From: a virus
Lineage: Duplodnaviria; Caudoviricetes
Virus record (IMG/VR): IMGVR_UViG_3300015259_000002
Span: 1-45,377 of that record
Direction: 5' to 3' (one strand)
Length of the DNA: 45,377 nt
In this document: piece by piece, positions 25,116-34,239 of the stretch
Layout: each line of letters starts with the position of its first letter
Position numbering within the stretch: position 1 is the first letter of the stretch
The notes under the pieces: generated by a model
Told to the model about the DNA's origin: nothing
What the model saw: the letters and a program-made list of their open reading frames with translations, nothing else
Databases searched by the model: none
Translations under genes and position numbers: made by a program

Positions 25116-26618
25116 TCAATCCACGAGGGCGAGAACCTTCTCGGCCTCGACTTTCTGTTCCGGAGTCGGGGACGCCTTTCGCTTCGCTGAGGCTCGGATC
25201 GCTCGCTGAACACCCTCTGACGGGTAGGTGTGGTGTTCGACGGTGACGTCCTCGAGCCCGAACGTGGGGTCCTCAAGCCAGTACCGGATCTGATCGATCG
25301 TGAACCCGGTCTTATGCAGGTCTCCTGGGTTCGATTGGCCACCGTAAATCTTGTAAATCTGGTTCATGAAGATGTCGGGCGACTTGTCCTTAGCCGACAT
25401 CACGAACTCACAGCAACTCTCGAGGTCAGGGACCTCAATGAAGAGAGAGCCCCCGGGCTTCAGAGCCGAGACCCATTCCTTAAGGATCTGGGCGGTCTGC
25501 TGGAATGAGAAGTGTTCCAGGATGTGCGAGGCGCGGATCGCGTCCGCCTTCCCGTACTTTTCGATCAAAGGACGCATGTTCGTGATGTCCACGCGCTCGT
25601 CGGAGGACGGCTCGTAGAGATCGACCGTGATCCATCCTTCCTTGTGGCCCGGAGTCCCGAGGTCGAATCGAACGACGTCGGGTTTCTTCGAAGGGTCGAT
25701 GGGGTTCGCGATCCCGGTCACGAGAGAAGGATCGAACTTCTCTCCGGGACGGAGATACCAACTGATAACCTCACCGTCCTGCCACGCACCACGTCGGAGT
25801 CCAGGGTGATAGAAGAACCGTCGCCCCGTGTGAATATCGACGTGAACACACTGAACGCTCGTATCGCAGTACACCTCGGTGAGACCGTACTTCGACGCCT
25901 TCCGGCAGTAGTACACGTCCTCCGTCATCTTCCCGCAGCCCGGTGCGACGTCTTGGATATCGTTTCCAATGTCCACGAGACCGCGAGCTAGATCAGAGTA
26001 GATCATCGCGGATGGGATCAGCGAATCGACGGTCTTGAACCACGGAGGCGGGATCTTCGCGATGGTTGTTGGGATGTGAATGAGCGTACACCCCATCCCG
26101 ATCGCTGTGTTTTTCCCTCCTACGATGTCTCCGAAGTTCCAGTCTTCGAATCCTCCCATGTACCCATCGACGAGAATGAGCGAGTGCGGGGGAACCTGTT
26201 TCGACATATAGTTCCCGCCGATACACGCTACCGGGACGCCTCGATCGAGCGCGTCCCGGTAGATCGTGAAGAGTTTATTGACGGCGTCAGGGGGAGCGAT
26301 CGTGTCGTCGTCCCTGAAGAACAGCCATTCGACGTTGTTCTTGAGCGCGTACTCGGCGATGCAGTTTCTCGCATCCGCGACCGGAAGTTGTCTCTGGCCC
26401 GGAGAGCGAACGGACTCGTTCTTGACCCAGTCCCATCGCACGTCGGTTGGATACACGTATCCAGCACCGAAGTTGATCGGCATGTGCTGTGTCCCGAGGC
26501 TGATCGCGAACTCTGTCGGCACCATCCCGAGGGACGGTATCCCGATCATCAGGCCGCGATTGATCTTCGTGACAGGGGCGACGAACTTCCGACCTCCCAG
26601 TTGCGCCAATGAACTCAC
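25116..26618 (-). CDS. GT-A/GT2 glycosyltransferase fused to a SAM methyltransferase-like domain
   Basis: ARN, WLFFRDDDT, GMGCTLI and EDVYYC motifs; C-terminal ASHILEH...LKPGG.L.IEVPD. Start taken at the GTGA overlap (26618). Confidence 0.85.
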   Translation of the reverse strand: MSSLAQLGGRKFVAPVTKINRGLMIGIPSLGMVPTEFAISLGTQHMPINFGAGYVYPTDVRWDWVKNESVRSPGQRQLPVADARNCIAEYALKNNVEWLFFRDDDTIAPPDAVNKLFTIYRDALDRGVPVACIGGNYMSKQVPPHSLILVDGYMGGFEDWNFGDIVGGKNTAIGMGCTLIHIPTTIAKIPPPWFKTVDSLIPSAMIYSDLARGLVDIGNDIQDVAPGCGKMTEDVYYCRKASKYGLTEVYCDTSVQCVHVDIHTGRRFFYHPGLRRGAWQDGEVISWYLRPGEKFDPSLVTGIANPIDPSKKPDVVRFDLGTPGHKEGWITVDLYEPSSDERVDITNMRPLIEKYGKADAIRASHILEHFSFQQTAQILKEWVSALKPGGSLFIEVPDLESCCEFVMSAKDKSPDIFMNQIYKIYGGQSNPGDLHKTGFTIDQIRYWLEDPTFGLEDVTVEHHTYPSEGVQRAIRASAKRKASPTPEQKVEAEKVLALVD

Positions 26619-27178
26619 GCACCGCCTCCGAAACCCCACCCATCGGCGGGGATAAGGGCCAGCCGAACAGTGGAAACCGCAGTCTGAGCGCCGGGCCAGT
26701 TCTTACCGACACCGCCCAGGTGAGCCGTCGCCTTAACGTCAGTAGCGACAGCCGACGCCCACGCAGTAACAGACGCACCAGCATTAGCGAAGAACGCGTT
26801 TTGAGCAGAGGCTTCAGCGGACGCCGTCAGAGTCGCGACGATGGGACCGGCAACCTGAACGATGCCGAGTTCTCCACCACGAGCCGAAGACGCCCACACC
26901 CCGGCGATGAGATCCAAAGCCGAGGCCGTCTGAACGATGAACGGAAGGAAGAGGCTCGCCCTCGTCGTCGAGGACGTGTTGAGAGCGGCCGTCGCGGTCT
27001 CAAGGAACGCGATCTGGCCAGTCGGGACGGTGACGGTCGTCGCCTCGTTCATAAAGGCGACGCGGTACATCTCACCGTTCGGACCGAAGAACGCAGCCCC
27101 GTTGGCCTGCGTCCAGCCGTCCGACTTGATGTTGTTGATTTCGGGCACCGCGAAGCGGAGCCCCGCACCGAGAGCCAT
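26615..27178 (-). CDS. Putative capsid decoration/cement protein
   Basis: A/T-rich beta protein downstream of the MCP; ATG 27178 with RBS. Confidence 0.6.
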   Translation of the reverse strand: MALGAGLRFAVPEINNIKSDGWTQANGAAFFGPNGEMYRVAFMNEATTVTVPTGQIAFLETATAALNTSSTTRASLFLPFIVQTASALDLIAGVWASSARGGELGIVQVAGPIVATLTASAEASAQNAFFANAGASVTAWASAVATDVKATAHLGGVGKNWPGAQTAVSTVRLALIPADGWGFGGGA

Positions 27179-27195
27179 GATGGAATGCCCCTTTC

Positions 27196-27627
27196 TTAAG
27201 CGGTGGCGAAGGTGAACTGGGTTCCCGAAGCGGAGTACGGGATGATGATGATCGTGAACGGCACAGAGGCGGTGATGAGGTCGTTGCTGATAGCGGCCGA
27301 CGCAGTGACTTGGTTCTTTTGAATTCCGAGCCACACAACAGCCGAGTCAGTGGCCACCACGGAAACAGCACCCATTCCGAAGTTAGTGGCAGCACCAACA
27401 CCACCGTGGATCAGGATGTTTGGAGCGGACGCCGTTCCGAACGCGCTCGCAGCCCAGGACATCGAGTAGAGACCCGAGGCCGAGGTCGCGTTAGCGAGAC
27501 CGAGACCACGATTCGCGCTGTTACTCGTGACGCTTCCGCTAAGAACCGTGAACTTAGCGATACCGATTGCGTTGTGGAGAAGCTGGAAGTTCTCCAGCCC
27601 GGAGCCCGCAGCTTCAAAAACTCGCAT
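27196..27627 (-). CDS. Putative virion structural protein
   Basis: A/S/T/G-rich; directly after the MCP. Confidence 0.6.
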   Translation of the reverse strand: MRVFEAAGSGLENFQLLHNAIGIAKFTVLSGSVTSNSANRGLGLANATSASGLYSMSWAASAFGTASAPNILIHGGVGAATNFGMGAVSVVATDSAVVWLGIQKNQVTASAAISNDLITASVPFTIIIIPYSASGTQFTFATA

Positions 27628-27641
27628 GGCGGACCCCTTTC

Positions 27642-28661
27642 CTAGAACGTGTCGGTGTTGATGAGAACGGCGTGACGCTTCATGTTCGAGAAGCAGATCG
27701 AGCCGCGCCAGTAAATCTGAGCGACGCGGGCCAGCTGATTCGGGAACTTGACGAACGGCGTCGCGCGGAAGTGACCCTTACGGTGAACCTTCAGGTAGTA
27801 GTACCGAGGGTTCAACATGTACATCCGGTTCGCCGGGCAGTCGTTGTCGAAGTACACGAGAGCCCCACGGAAGGCGAGCATCTGGAACTTCGGGTCGCCC
27901 TTCGCGCTGTCACGAGAGTTGAGCGGGAACATCTGTAGGTGCGACTCCATCGACCGCTCGTAGTTCTCGTAGGTCGCACGAGTCGTCACGATCATCTGCG
28001 GGTGATCCGAACTTCCCGCCGACGCCGCGTTATACCCACTGGACATCATCGAACGGCCGTTCGTACCGAAGGCGCTCGCGACGTTCAGAGCCGGAGTTCC
28101 GTCCGATCCACCGATCGCTCTCCACCACGTAAACGTGGCCTTGTTGATGCCTCCAACGGTTCCGGTCGTGACGGCTCCGGTCCCGTTGTCTTCGAGGCCA
28201 TCGGCGAGCCCCGTGATGGCCCCCGCGATACCGTTCGTGTTGCCGAGACCGTCACCGTTCAAAAGGTTACGGAGAGAGAGTTCAGCTGACTCGACTTTCG
28301 ACTGAAGGAGATCGAGGGCGCGAGCCATCCCGTCGTTGTCGAGTTCCTCGGCGAGGGAGATCGTGACCGAGGCGCCGTAGAGACGAGGGAGGTACTGAGC
28401 CGCAGTGAGAACGTTCTGCGGAGTGACAGAGATGTCGTCGTAGTTAGCAGCGAACCGCTTCGCAGTCGTGTTATCCGCGAAGAGGACAGGAACGATGAAC
28501 GACTCCCCGCCGTCGTACATCTTCACCGCACCCGTCCGATTGAGCATGTGCCAATGCGGAAGAGCGTCGTAGAAGTTGTCTTCGATACGCTTCACGTACA
28601 GCTGAAGCGTAGTAGTGATGATGTCGTCGTAGTTGCCGGGGGTCGTGGTTACGAGAGGCAT
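27642..28661 (-). CDS. Major capsid protein
   Basis: TTTL...DN, GG..F.VP, GGI.....WW, P.MIVTT and MYMLN motifs; 339 aa after the scaffold; GAGGAG RBS. Confidence 0.9.
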   Translation of the reverse strand: MPLVTTTPGNYDDIITTTLQLYVKRIEDNFYDALPHWHMLNRTGAVKMYDGGESFIVPVLFADNTTAKRFAANYDDISVTPQNVLTAAQYLPRLYGASVTISLAEELDNDGMARALDLLQSKVESAELSLRNLLNGDGLGNTNGIAGAITGLADGLEDNGTGAVTTGTVGGINKATFTWWRAIGGSDGTPALNVASAFGTNGRSMMSSGYNAASAGSSDHPQMIVTTRATYENYERSMESHLQMFPLNSRDSAKGDPKFQMLAFRGALVYFDNDCPANRMYMLNPRYYYLKVHRKGHFRATPFVKFPNQLARVAQIYWRGSICFSNMKRHAVLINTDTF

Positions 28662-28690
28662 AACCTGACTCCTCTACTTGTTCGAGTGAT

Positions 28691-29611
28691 TCAGATGCGA
28701 CGCATCTGATTGAGCGACCAGTTTTTCACGGCGTCGTAATAATCCGTGTCCTTTTTGAACGACTTAGGATCTGGAGCGCCATCATCATTCGAACTGTTCG
28801 CCGGCTTGGCGAGACTCGCTGCCGCACGCTTCTTCGAGGCGATGACCTTCTCTTCGATCTTCTCCGTCTGCCGGCCGAGGAGACGTGCGGCCTCTTCGTA
28901 GGCGTCAACGAGGCTCACGCCCTTATCGGGGGCGTAGAGTTTATCGGTGAGTTCCACGAGAGGGTCGCTTTCATCTAGCTCGGCGGCCTCCGGATGCGCT
29001 TCGTAGAACGCGGTTTCGTCCGCGCTCAACTTCTTCTGTGCGTCGAGTTCGCGTCGAATCGCCTGGAGTTCAGGCGAAATCTGAGAGGCGACGAGGCTCG
29101 CGGACTTCTGGATGAACCAGTTGGTCTGCTGAGACGGGGTCAATTCCTCCCAGTTATCGGGTAGATCGTTCGTCTGAATCGACGGAATGGTTCCGTTCCC
29201 GTTCTGTCGATCGCCCATCATGCGAGCGGAGAGGATACGGAGGGCCTCTGGGTCCTTCTCGAAATACGCCTCGAGTTTCTCCGCGATATCCGCCTTCTTG
29301 GCCCGGAGATCGAGATCCCTCTTCTGCTCCGCGATCTTCTGGGTCTTCTTCGTGTAGTCCTGCTGGCGAAGGGCGGCCTTCTCGAGAGCCTCGACCTGCT
29401 CCTCGGAGAGTTGAACCCCGGTCAGATCCACGCCTCCAATAATGAGTCGATCTTCAGCCGGCTCAGGGGAAGGCGCGGTTTCTGGAGTTTCTGTCTCGGG
29501 AGGCTTTTCTTCAGAGGCTGCGACTGCGTTCTGGGCGGCGGCATTCGCCATCTGTGTGGCGTAGAGTTGTTCCGTGATCAGAGCCGGAGTCTCTTTTTCT
29601 TCTGTTGGCAT
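28691..29611 (-). CDS. Capsid scaffolding protein
   Basis: Acidic N-terminus and RQQDYTKKTQKIAE motif; upstream of the MCP. Confidence 0.8.
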   Translation of the reverse strand: MPTEEKETPALITEQLYATQMANAAAQNAVAASEEKPPETETPETAPSPEPAEDRLIIGGVDLTGVQLSEEQVEALEKAALRQQDYTKKTQKIAEQKRDLDLRAKKADIAEKLEAYFEKDPEALRILSARMMGDRQNGNGTIPSIQTNDLPDNWEELTPSQQTNWFIQKSASLVASQISPELQAIRRELDAQKKLSADETAFYEAHPEAAELDESDPLVELTDKLYAPDKGVSLVDAYEEAARLLGRQTEKIEEKVIASKKRAAASLAKPANSSNDDGAPDPKSFKKDTDYYDAVKNWSLNQMRRI

Positions 29612-29693
29612 TTGCTCAGTCTCGCACAGTTCTTACGGTTACGTCAATAGCGCCGCTTTCGACGGCTCTCGCTAGCCGGCCCAGCAACGCGGC

Positions 29694-29933
29694 TCAGAGC
29701 GCGTCGATCGACGCCTCGAGATCCGCGCGCACCTTCCGAGCTGCGTCGTGGATGTTCTTGCGAAGCGTCAGCATCGCGGCGCCGCCCGCGTTCTTTTCGG
29801 TCGTGATGTTCGTTGTCGGCGTCGCGACCCCGAGACGCGCAGCCATCTGCACGTCCTGAATCAGCCGCGACACGAACGCGTGGTCCTGGTCGAGAAAGTT
29901 CTGGAGGGCTGTCAGGTCATCGATTAGAGCCAT
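29694..29933 (-). CDS. Hypothetical helical protein
   Basis: Extended -10 (TG-G-TAGGAT) 7 nt upstream of the ATG. Confidence 0.65.
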   Translation of the reverse strand: MALIDDLTALQNFLDQDHAFVSRLIQDVQMAARLGVATPTTNITTEKNAGGAAMLTLRKNIHDAARKVRADLEASIDAL

Positions 29934-29954
29934 GCCGCAGATCCTACCACGCTG

Positions 29955-30632
29955 CTACTGTCCGCATCCCAACTGCCCGAGGAGCCGCGCGCCCGAGTCC
30001 TTCAGGACGAGCGCGGTCGATACCCAAATCAGCGCCGCGGAGATCGTCCATCCCATGTTGGTCGACGCCCCGGTCGCCGTCTCGAACGACGCACCGTGAA
30101 CGACGCCCGCGCCAGCGACGCCGATCGTCTGATTCGAGAGCTGCGTCTGGTCGCCGTCGACAGTGATCGAGGTCGCCACCGTGGGATCACGGTAGACCGC
30201 GGCCGAGTCGATCGCGACGTCGCCCGGAGCCGTGTCGACGTCGACGCTGATGTCTGAACTCGCCAATCCATCCGCCTCGCTATCGTCACCGAGCGAGATG
30301 TCGCCGATCCACGTCGACACGTTCGCCGCGATGCGCGGTCCGCCGCCCGAAGTCACGATGACAAGATCGTTCGTCCCGCTCGGGAGGTCCGGCTTGAATA
30401 GGACGTACATCGCGGAGCCGACGCGGTTGTTGATGTTGATGATGACCTGGCGCACGACGACGAGCGTGCAGGTGATGCCACCGTACGTCACCGAGTCGAT
30501 CGAACCGGCGCCTTGCGTCCGGACGCCCACGGAGATCACGAGCGCCGAGGCGTTCGTCGCCGTTGTGTGCGAGATCGTCAGCGGCGGCGTGTTCGTCGTG
30601 CCTTCCGAGTCGGCGTCGAGCGTGATCGCCAT
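29955..30632 (-). CDS. Beta-rich putative virion surface protein
   Basis: ISHT...LVISV...SVTYGG pattern; T/S/A/V-rich. Confidence 0.65.
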   Translation of the reverse strand: MAITLDADSEGTTNTPPLTISHTTATNASALVISVGVRTQGAGSIDSVTYGGITCTLVVVRQVIININNRVGSAMYVLFKPDLPSGTNDLVIVTSGGGPRIAANVSTWIGDISLGDDSEADGLASSDISVDVDTAPGDVAIDSAAVYRDPTVATSITVDGDQTQLSNQTIGVAGAGVVHGASFETATGASTNMGWTISAALIWVSTALVLKDSGARLLGQLGCGQ

Positions 30633-30644
30633 GCCCGTGTCCGA

Positions 30645-31604
30645 TCAGTTCGGGACCATCGCCCACTCGACGTAGCCCACGACCGCGCGCGTCCCGACGG
30701 CGCCGACGACGGAGATGTTCATGGCCGCGTTCGAGACGAGCGGGAGCGGATCGGGGAAGCCGATGTTATGGCCGCCCGCGTTCGCCGCGAGGAAGGCCGG
30801 CACCACGATCGTGTTCGATGCGAGGATGTGGAAGTCGTGGAGCGTCGTGTCGCCGTTGAAGACGCCGTAGGCTTTCACGATGATGCGCGAGCCGTTCGTC
30901 GAGGCGACGAGCGCGCTCGAGCCCGACTGCGTCATCGAGAAGGTGACGGTGGAGGGAAGTCCGGTGACGCGCGGCTGAACCGCGATCGGCTGTGCGGAAG
31001 TCGGGATCGATACGGCTTGAGTGCCCGTTAGAACTACGGATATCGACTGAGCCGCTGCGATCGATACGGCGTTCGTGACGTTCACGGACTGAGAGACATT
31101 TGCCGTAACGTTGACGTTCGCGACCCACGCCCCGGTCTGAGAGACGCTGATGACCGGGAGGGTGGCGGCCGTGACCGAAACCACCTGAGGAACGTTGGCG
31201 GTGACGTTCGCGCTGACCAGTTGCGGGACAAGGAACTGAACTGGCCACGCCTGAGTCCCGGAGAGCCCCTGATTCGCGGTAACAGTAGAGACTCCGCCTG
31301 CACCGCCTCCAGCGGGATCTCGAACGAGGATCGCCGTCCAGGTCTCAACTCCAGAGGAGACGGTCGTCGTTGGCCCGATGAGGGAGACGTCGGTCCCGCC
31401 CGCCGCTCCACCGGCCCCGATGTTCGAGACGTACGCAGCGGTCCCGGTAACTGTCGCTGGGCCGGCGACGGACGTGGTGAACGTCTGACCGCAGACGACG
31501 ATTTGAGAGAGATCAGAGACGGCGGGGCCGGAAGCGGTGATCCCCTTCACCATCAACCAGCCGGGACCTGCGGGCTGATCGTATGCCCGGAACGGATCGC
31601 TCAT
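30645..31604 (-). CDS. Putative fibre/whisker-like structural protein
   Basis: TVTANQG...WPV and repeated NVTANV.Q.V.VT.A units. Confidence 0.62.
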   Translation of the reverse strand: MSDPFRAYDQPAGPGWLMVKGITASGPAVSDLSQIVVCGQTFTTSVAGPATVTGTAAYVSNIGAGGAAGGTDVSLIGPTTTVSSGVETWTAILVRDPAGGGAGGVSTVTANQGLSGTQAWPVQFLVPQLVSANVTANVPQVVSVTAATLPVISVSQTGAWVANVNVTANVSQSVNVTNAVSIAAAQSISVVLTGTQAVSIPTSAQPIAVQPRVTGLPSTVTFSMTQSGSSALVASTNGSRIIVKAYGVFNGDTTLHDFHILASNTIVVPAFLAANAGGHNIGFPDPLPLVSNAAMNISVVGAVGTRAVVGYVEWAMVPN

Positions 31605-31619
31605 GGGGCTTTTACCCCT

Positions 31620-32108
31620 TTACCGACCCTGTCCCATCACCACCGCAAAGAAGTCGATCGAAATCGTTCGAGCCGCAGCGGCGGTGTTCGTGAACGAGAA
31701 GTTCACCCGATAGGCCATGTTGTTCGGGTGAATGCTCAACGGGTAGGTCGCCGCCGTCGCTGGGAAGTAGACGATCTGAGATCCGGAGGCCGTCGCACTC
31801 CCAGCGCCCGAGGCGAAGAGATGCCCGTTCGCGTAACCGTTAGAGAACCGAGACAGAACGGTATCGGTCGAGATATCAGCGTCATGCCAGCGGCCAGCGG
31901 CGGACGCGGCGAAGCTGACGGTCCCGGTGAACGAATTCAGGATCGACGCCCAGATGCCCATCGCGAGTTCTTGATGAACTCCGACTTTAGCGTCCGAGAG
32001 AAGAAAGACACCGTTGTTGGTGCTCCCGGAAGCCGTAGCCGCAATCGTGATCTGCGTCGAAGCGGTGAACCGTTCGACGTCGTACCCGCGCGGAACCCAG
32101 TCTCCCAC
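31620..32108 (-). CDS. Putative structural protein
   Basis: A/S/T-rich beta protein with GGAG RBS. Confidence 0.6.
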   Translation of the reverse strand: MGDWVPRGYDVERFTASTQITIAATASGSTNNGVFLLSDAKVGVHQELAMGIWASILNSFTGTVSFAASAAGRWHDADISTDTVLSRFSNGYANGHLFASGAGSATASGSQIVYFPATAATYPLSIHPNNMAYRVNFSFTNTAAAARTISIDFFAVVMGQGR

Positions 32109-32109
32109 G

Positions 32110-32472
32110 TTAATCGTTCTCCCCTACGCCGTGCATCAACATCGCGAGCTTCGACGCGGATCCCCAGTCGGAAACTCTCACCCCAGATCCCACGCACGCG
32201 TTAACGTGTCCCCTCATGTGAGCCTTCAACTTCTCGAGGGAATCCGGAGTGAGGGCCCGACCGAGCGGCGTCATTGCGAAGCGAGCGTGGATCTTCAGGT
32301 GTTCCGCGTGGTCGCCCACCACAGGAACCCTCTGACCTGAGATGATGGCCTGATTCTCAAGATGCGGATCTGACGAAGGATCGAACGAGTCGCCTGCGCC
32401 ACTCGGCACGGCGGGACTGAAGCCGGGTTCATCCTCTCCGGTCCCGCCGTGCCGATAGATCATGGGAATCAT
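32110..32472 (-). CDS. His-rich protein resembling portal C-terminal extensions
   Basis: ENQAIISG..V..DHAEHLKIH...AHMRGH. Confidence 0.55.
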   Translation of the reverse strand: MIPMIYRHGGTGEDEPGFSPAVPSGAGDSFDPSSDPHLENQAIISGQRVPVVGDHAEHLKIHARFAMTPLGRALTPDSLEKLKAHMRGHVNACVGSGVRVSDWGSASKLAMLMHGVGEND

Positions 32473-32480
32473 TGGTTCAG

Positions 32481-32696
32481 TTACTTACCGTACGTCTCGG
32501 GCTTCGACTGCGGGGAATCGATGACAGCGCCACGAGCCGCCTCGCCGTTGCTGCCACCACCGCCGCCGCCGCCACGGACACCGAACGTGTCGTCACCCAT
32601 CAGCTTCGTGACGGCGCCACCCGAGTTCACGTTGTCGGTGGGCTTGATCTCGCCCGTGAGGAACCCGAGTTTCTGTGGACTGTTCAATTCAGACAT
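32481..32696 (-). CDS. Small Gly-rich protein
   Basis: AAGGAG RBS before ATG 32696. Confidence 0.6.
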   Translation of the reverse strand: MSELNSPQKLGFLTGEIKPTDNVNSGGAVTKLMGDDTFGVRGGGGGGGSNGEAARGAVIDSPQSKPETYGK

Positions 32697-33177
32697 CTGA
32701 GTTCTCCTTCGAAAATCTGGCAGCCTCTTCGATAGACTTGAAAATGCCGCCGTAGACCCGTCGTCCGTTCTTCTTCGGCCACGCACACCATTTGCCGGTC
32801 TGAAGATGAAAATGAACCCCAGGGACGCCTGATCGACCGGCTTCCCATGTAGAGTTCGCCATATTTCCTTTGCGGTCCACCAGCCGGAGGTTCTCTCTCC
32901 GGCAATCTAGCTTATCTCTGTTGACGTGATCGACTTCGTAACTCAACACCTTTTCTGTCCGATGACGGCTCCATCCGAGACCAAGAACATCTCGATGTAG
33001 AAGGGTGGTTCCAGTTCCTTCTGAATCTCGAAGCTGTCTCTGTGCGTACCCGTTCGGATGAAGTTGATACCTCCACCCGTTCGAATCGATCTTCTTCCAG
33101 ACGTCCTCGTCTACGCACGCGACGGCCCTGACGACACCGCCACGTCCGCGCAACGGGACGGGCCAGAACGGAATCAT
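32689..33177 (-). CDS. HNH homing endonuclease with AP2-like domain
   Basis: LHRDVLG...VDHVNRDKLDCRRENLR...N, followed by SGVPGV...KW.A...YGG.F.SIEEA. Confidence 0.9.
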   Translation of the reverse strand: MIPFWPVPLRGRGGVVRAVACVDEDVWKKIDSNGWRYQLHPNGYAQRQLRDSEGTGTTLLHRDVLGLGWSRHRTEKVLSYEVDHVNRDKLDCRRENLRLVDRKGNMANSTWEAGRSGVPGVHFHLQTGKWCAWPKKNGRRVYGGIFKSIEEAARFSKENSDV

Positions 33178-33323
33178 TCTTTTTTCGGGAGATCAGGGAT
33201 ATCGTTGCGGGCCGACGAATCAGAGAGAGGTCGCTTCGGGATGACCTTTCCCAAGGTGGACTTATCCTGAGATCCCTTCCAGAACGAAGAAGGGTTCTTG
33301 GACCCACTTCCGTTCTTTGCCAT
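33174..33323 (-). CDS. Small basic protein (49 aa, not in ORF track)
   Basis: MAKNGSGSKNPSSFWKG...LPKKE; GGAG RBS; stop overlaps the HNH start. Confidence 0.55.
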   Translation of the reverse strand: MAKNGSGSKNPSSFWKGSQDKSTLGKVIPKRPLSDSSARNDIPDLPKKE

Positions 33324-33334
33324 GACGGTCTCCG

Positions 33335-33733
33335 TTACTTCTTGGGATGCGAAGAACGGAAGCTAGTCGCGCCCGGAGTCGGGGGAGTCACAACGTCCTT
33401 GGGCTCCTCGGTTCCGATCGTCGCTCCGAAGTCCGCAGCCTCAGGATGGAAGAACGTGACTGTTCCCGTTTCCTCGATGCGATCGACCTCGGCGCCGATC
33501 TTCTTGTCGGCGTTGACGGTGATCTGAGCGATGTCCTTCAGGGCATCGTTCGGATCGAGGGCATCGGGGCTGATGACGTAGCAGGAGAGACCGTCTTCGG
33601 CTGGGGCAAGAGTCCCCGGTCCCGAAGTTGACCAGACGATGTCCTCTAGTTTAGCGGGTCGCTGTCCAGTCGATCTGGGGTTGAGCGTGATCTTTATCTT
33701 TCCGTCGGTGCTGCATCGTCCTGCGAAGGGCAT
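33335..33733 (-). CDS. Ig-like domain protein
   Basis: IVWSTS...LAPAEDGLSC.V...AQITVNAD pattern; GAGGAG RBS. Confidence 0.65.
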   Translation of the reverse strand: MPFAGRCSTDGKIKITLNPRSTGQRPAKLEDIVWSTSGPGTLAPAEDGLSCYVISPDALDPNDALKDIAQITVNADKKIGAEVDRIEETGTVTFFHPEAADFGATIGTEEPKDVVTPPTPGATSFRSSHPKK

Positions 33734-33870
33734 GGGTTTCTCCTCTTAGGTTCTTCTTTACCGATCGTGATCGTCCACGGGAGTTCGTTATCTTCTTCGA
33801 CAATATCGATCAGTAGATCGATCAGTTTATCTAGAAGGCGGTGAAGTTTCTTCCGCAGCCGGGGGTGCAT
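33694..33870 (-). CDS. Small protein (58 aa, not in ORF track)
   Basis: MHPRLRKKLHRLLDKLIDLLIDIVEEDNELPWTITIGKEEPK...; fills the gap. Confidence 0.5.
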   Translation of the reverse strand: MHPRLRKKLHRLLDKLIDLLIDIVEEDNELPWTITIGKEEPKRRNPCPSQDDAAPTER

Positions 33871-33888
33871 GATCCCTCTATTTTACAA

Positions 33889-34239
33889 CTAACCCCACTT
33901 CGTAGATAGCCCCTTCAATCGGCACAGTTCTTTGAAGTGGGCTCGGCTTTTGACGAGAACCGGATCGTGACCCATGTTGGGGTGGAGGAACGGTTCCCAG
34001 TCGCCCCTGACGTGAACGGACTCCTCAGTCCGGGGAGCCGGATTCGGACTGAGGAGCGAGTGGCAATCGGGGCACTTCCACATCCACATCTGGCCCGGTT
34101 CCGGGGGCTCCACCGGCTCCCATACGAAGTCCGACATCCCGCAAGTGCAAGTTACGGGTTTCAACTTCTCGACGACCTTTCCGACTCCGTGGACCTGTTT
34201 ATAGGCCCGAACTGCGTTCCAGTTTCGATCGAGCTTCAC
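33889..34239 (-). CDS. Zinc-ribbon (FmdB-like) protein
   Basis: CTC/CPDC and VKSRAH.KELC..KGL; follows the portal gene. Confidence 0.65.
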   Translation of the reverse strand: MKLDRNWNAVRAYKQVHGVGKVVEKLKPVTCTCGMSDFVWEPVEPPEPGQMWMWKCPDCHSLLSPNPAPRTEESVHVRGDWEPFLHPNMGHDPVLVKSRAHFKELCRLKGLSTKWG

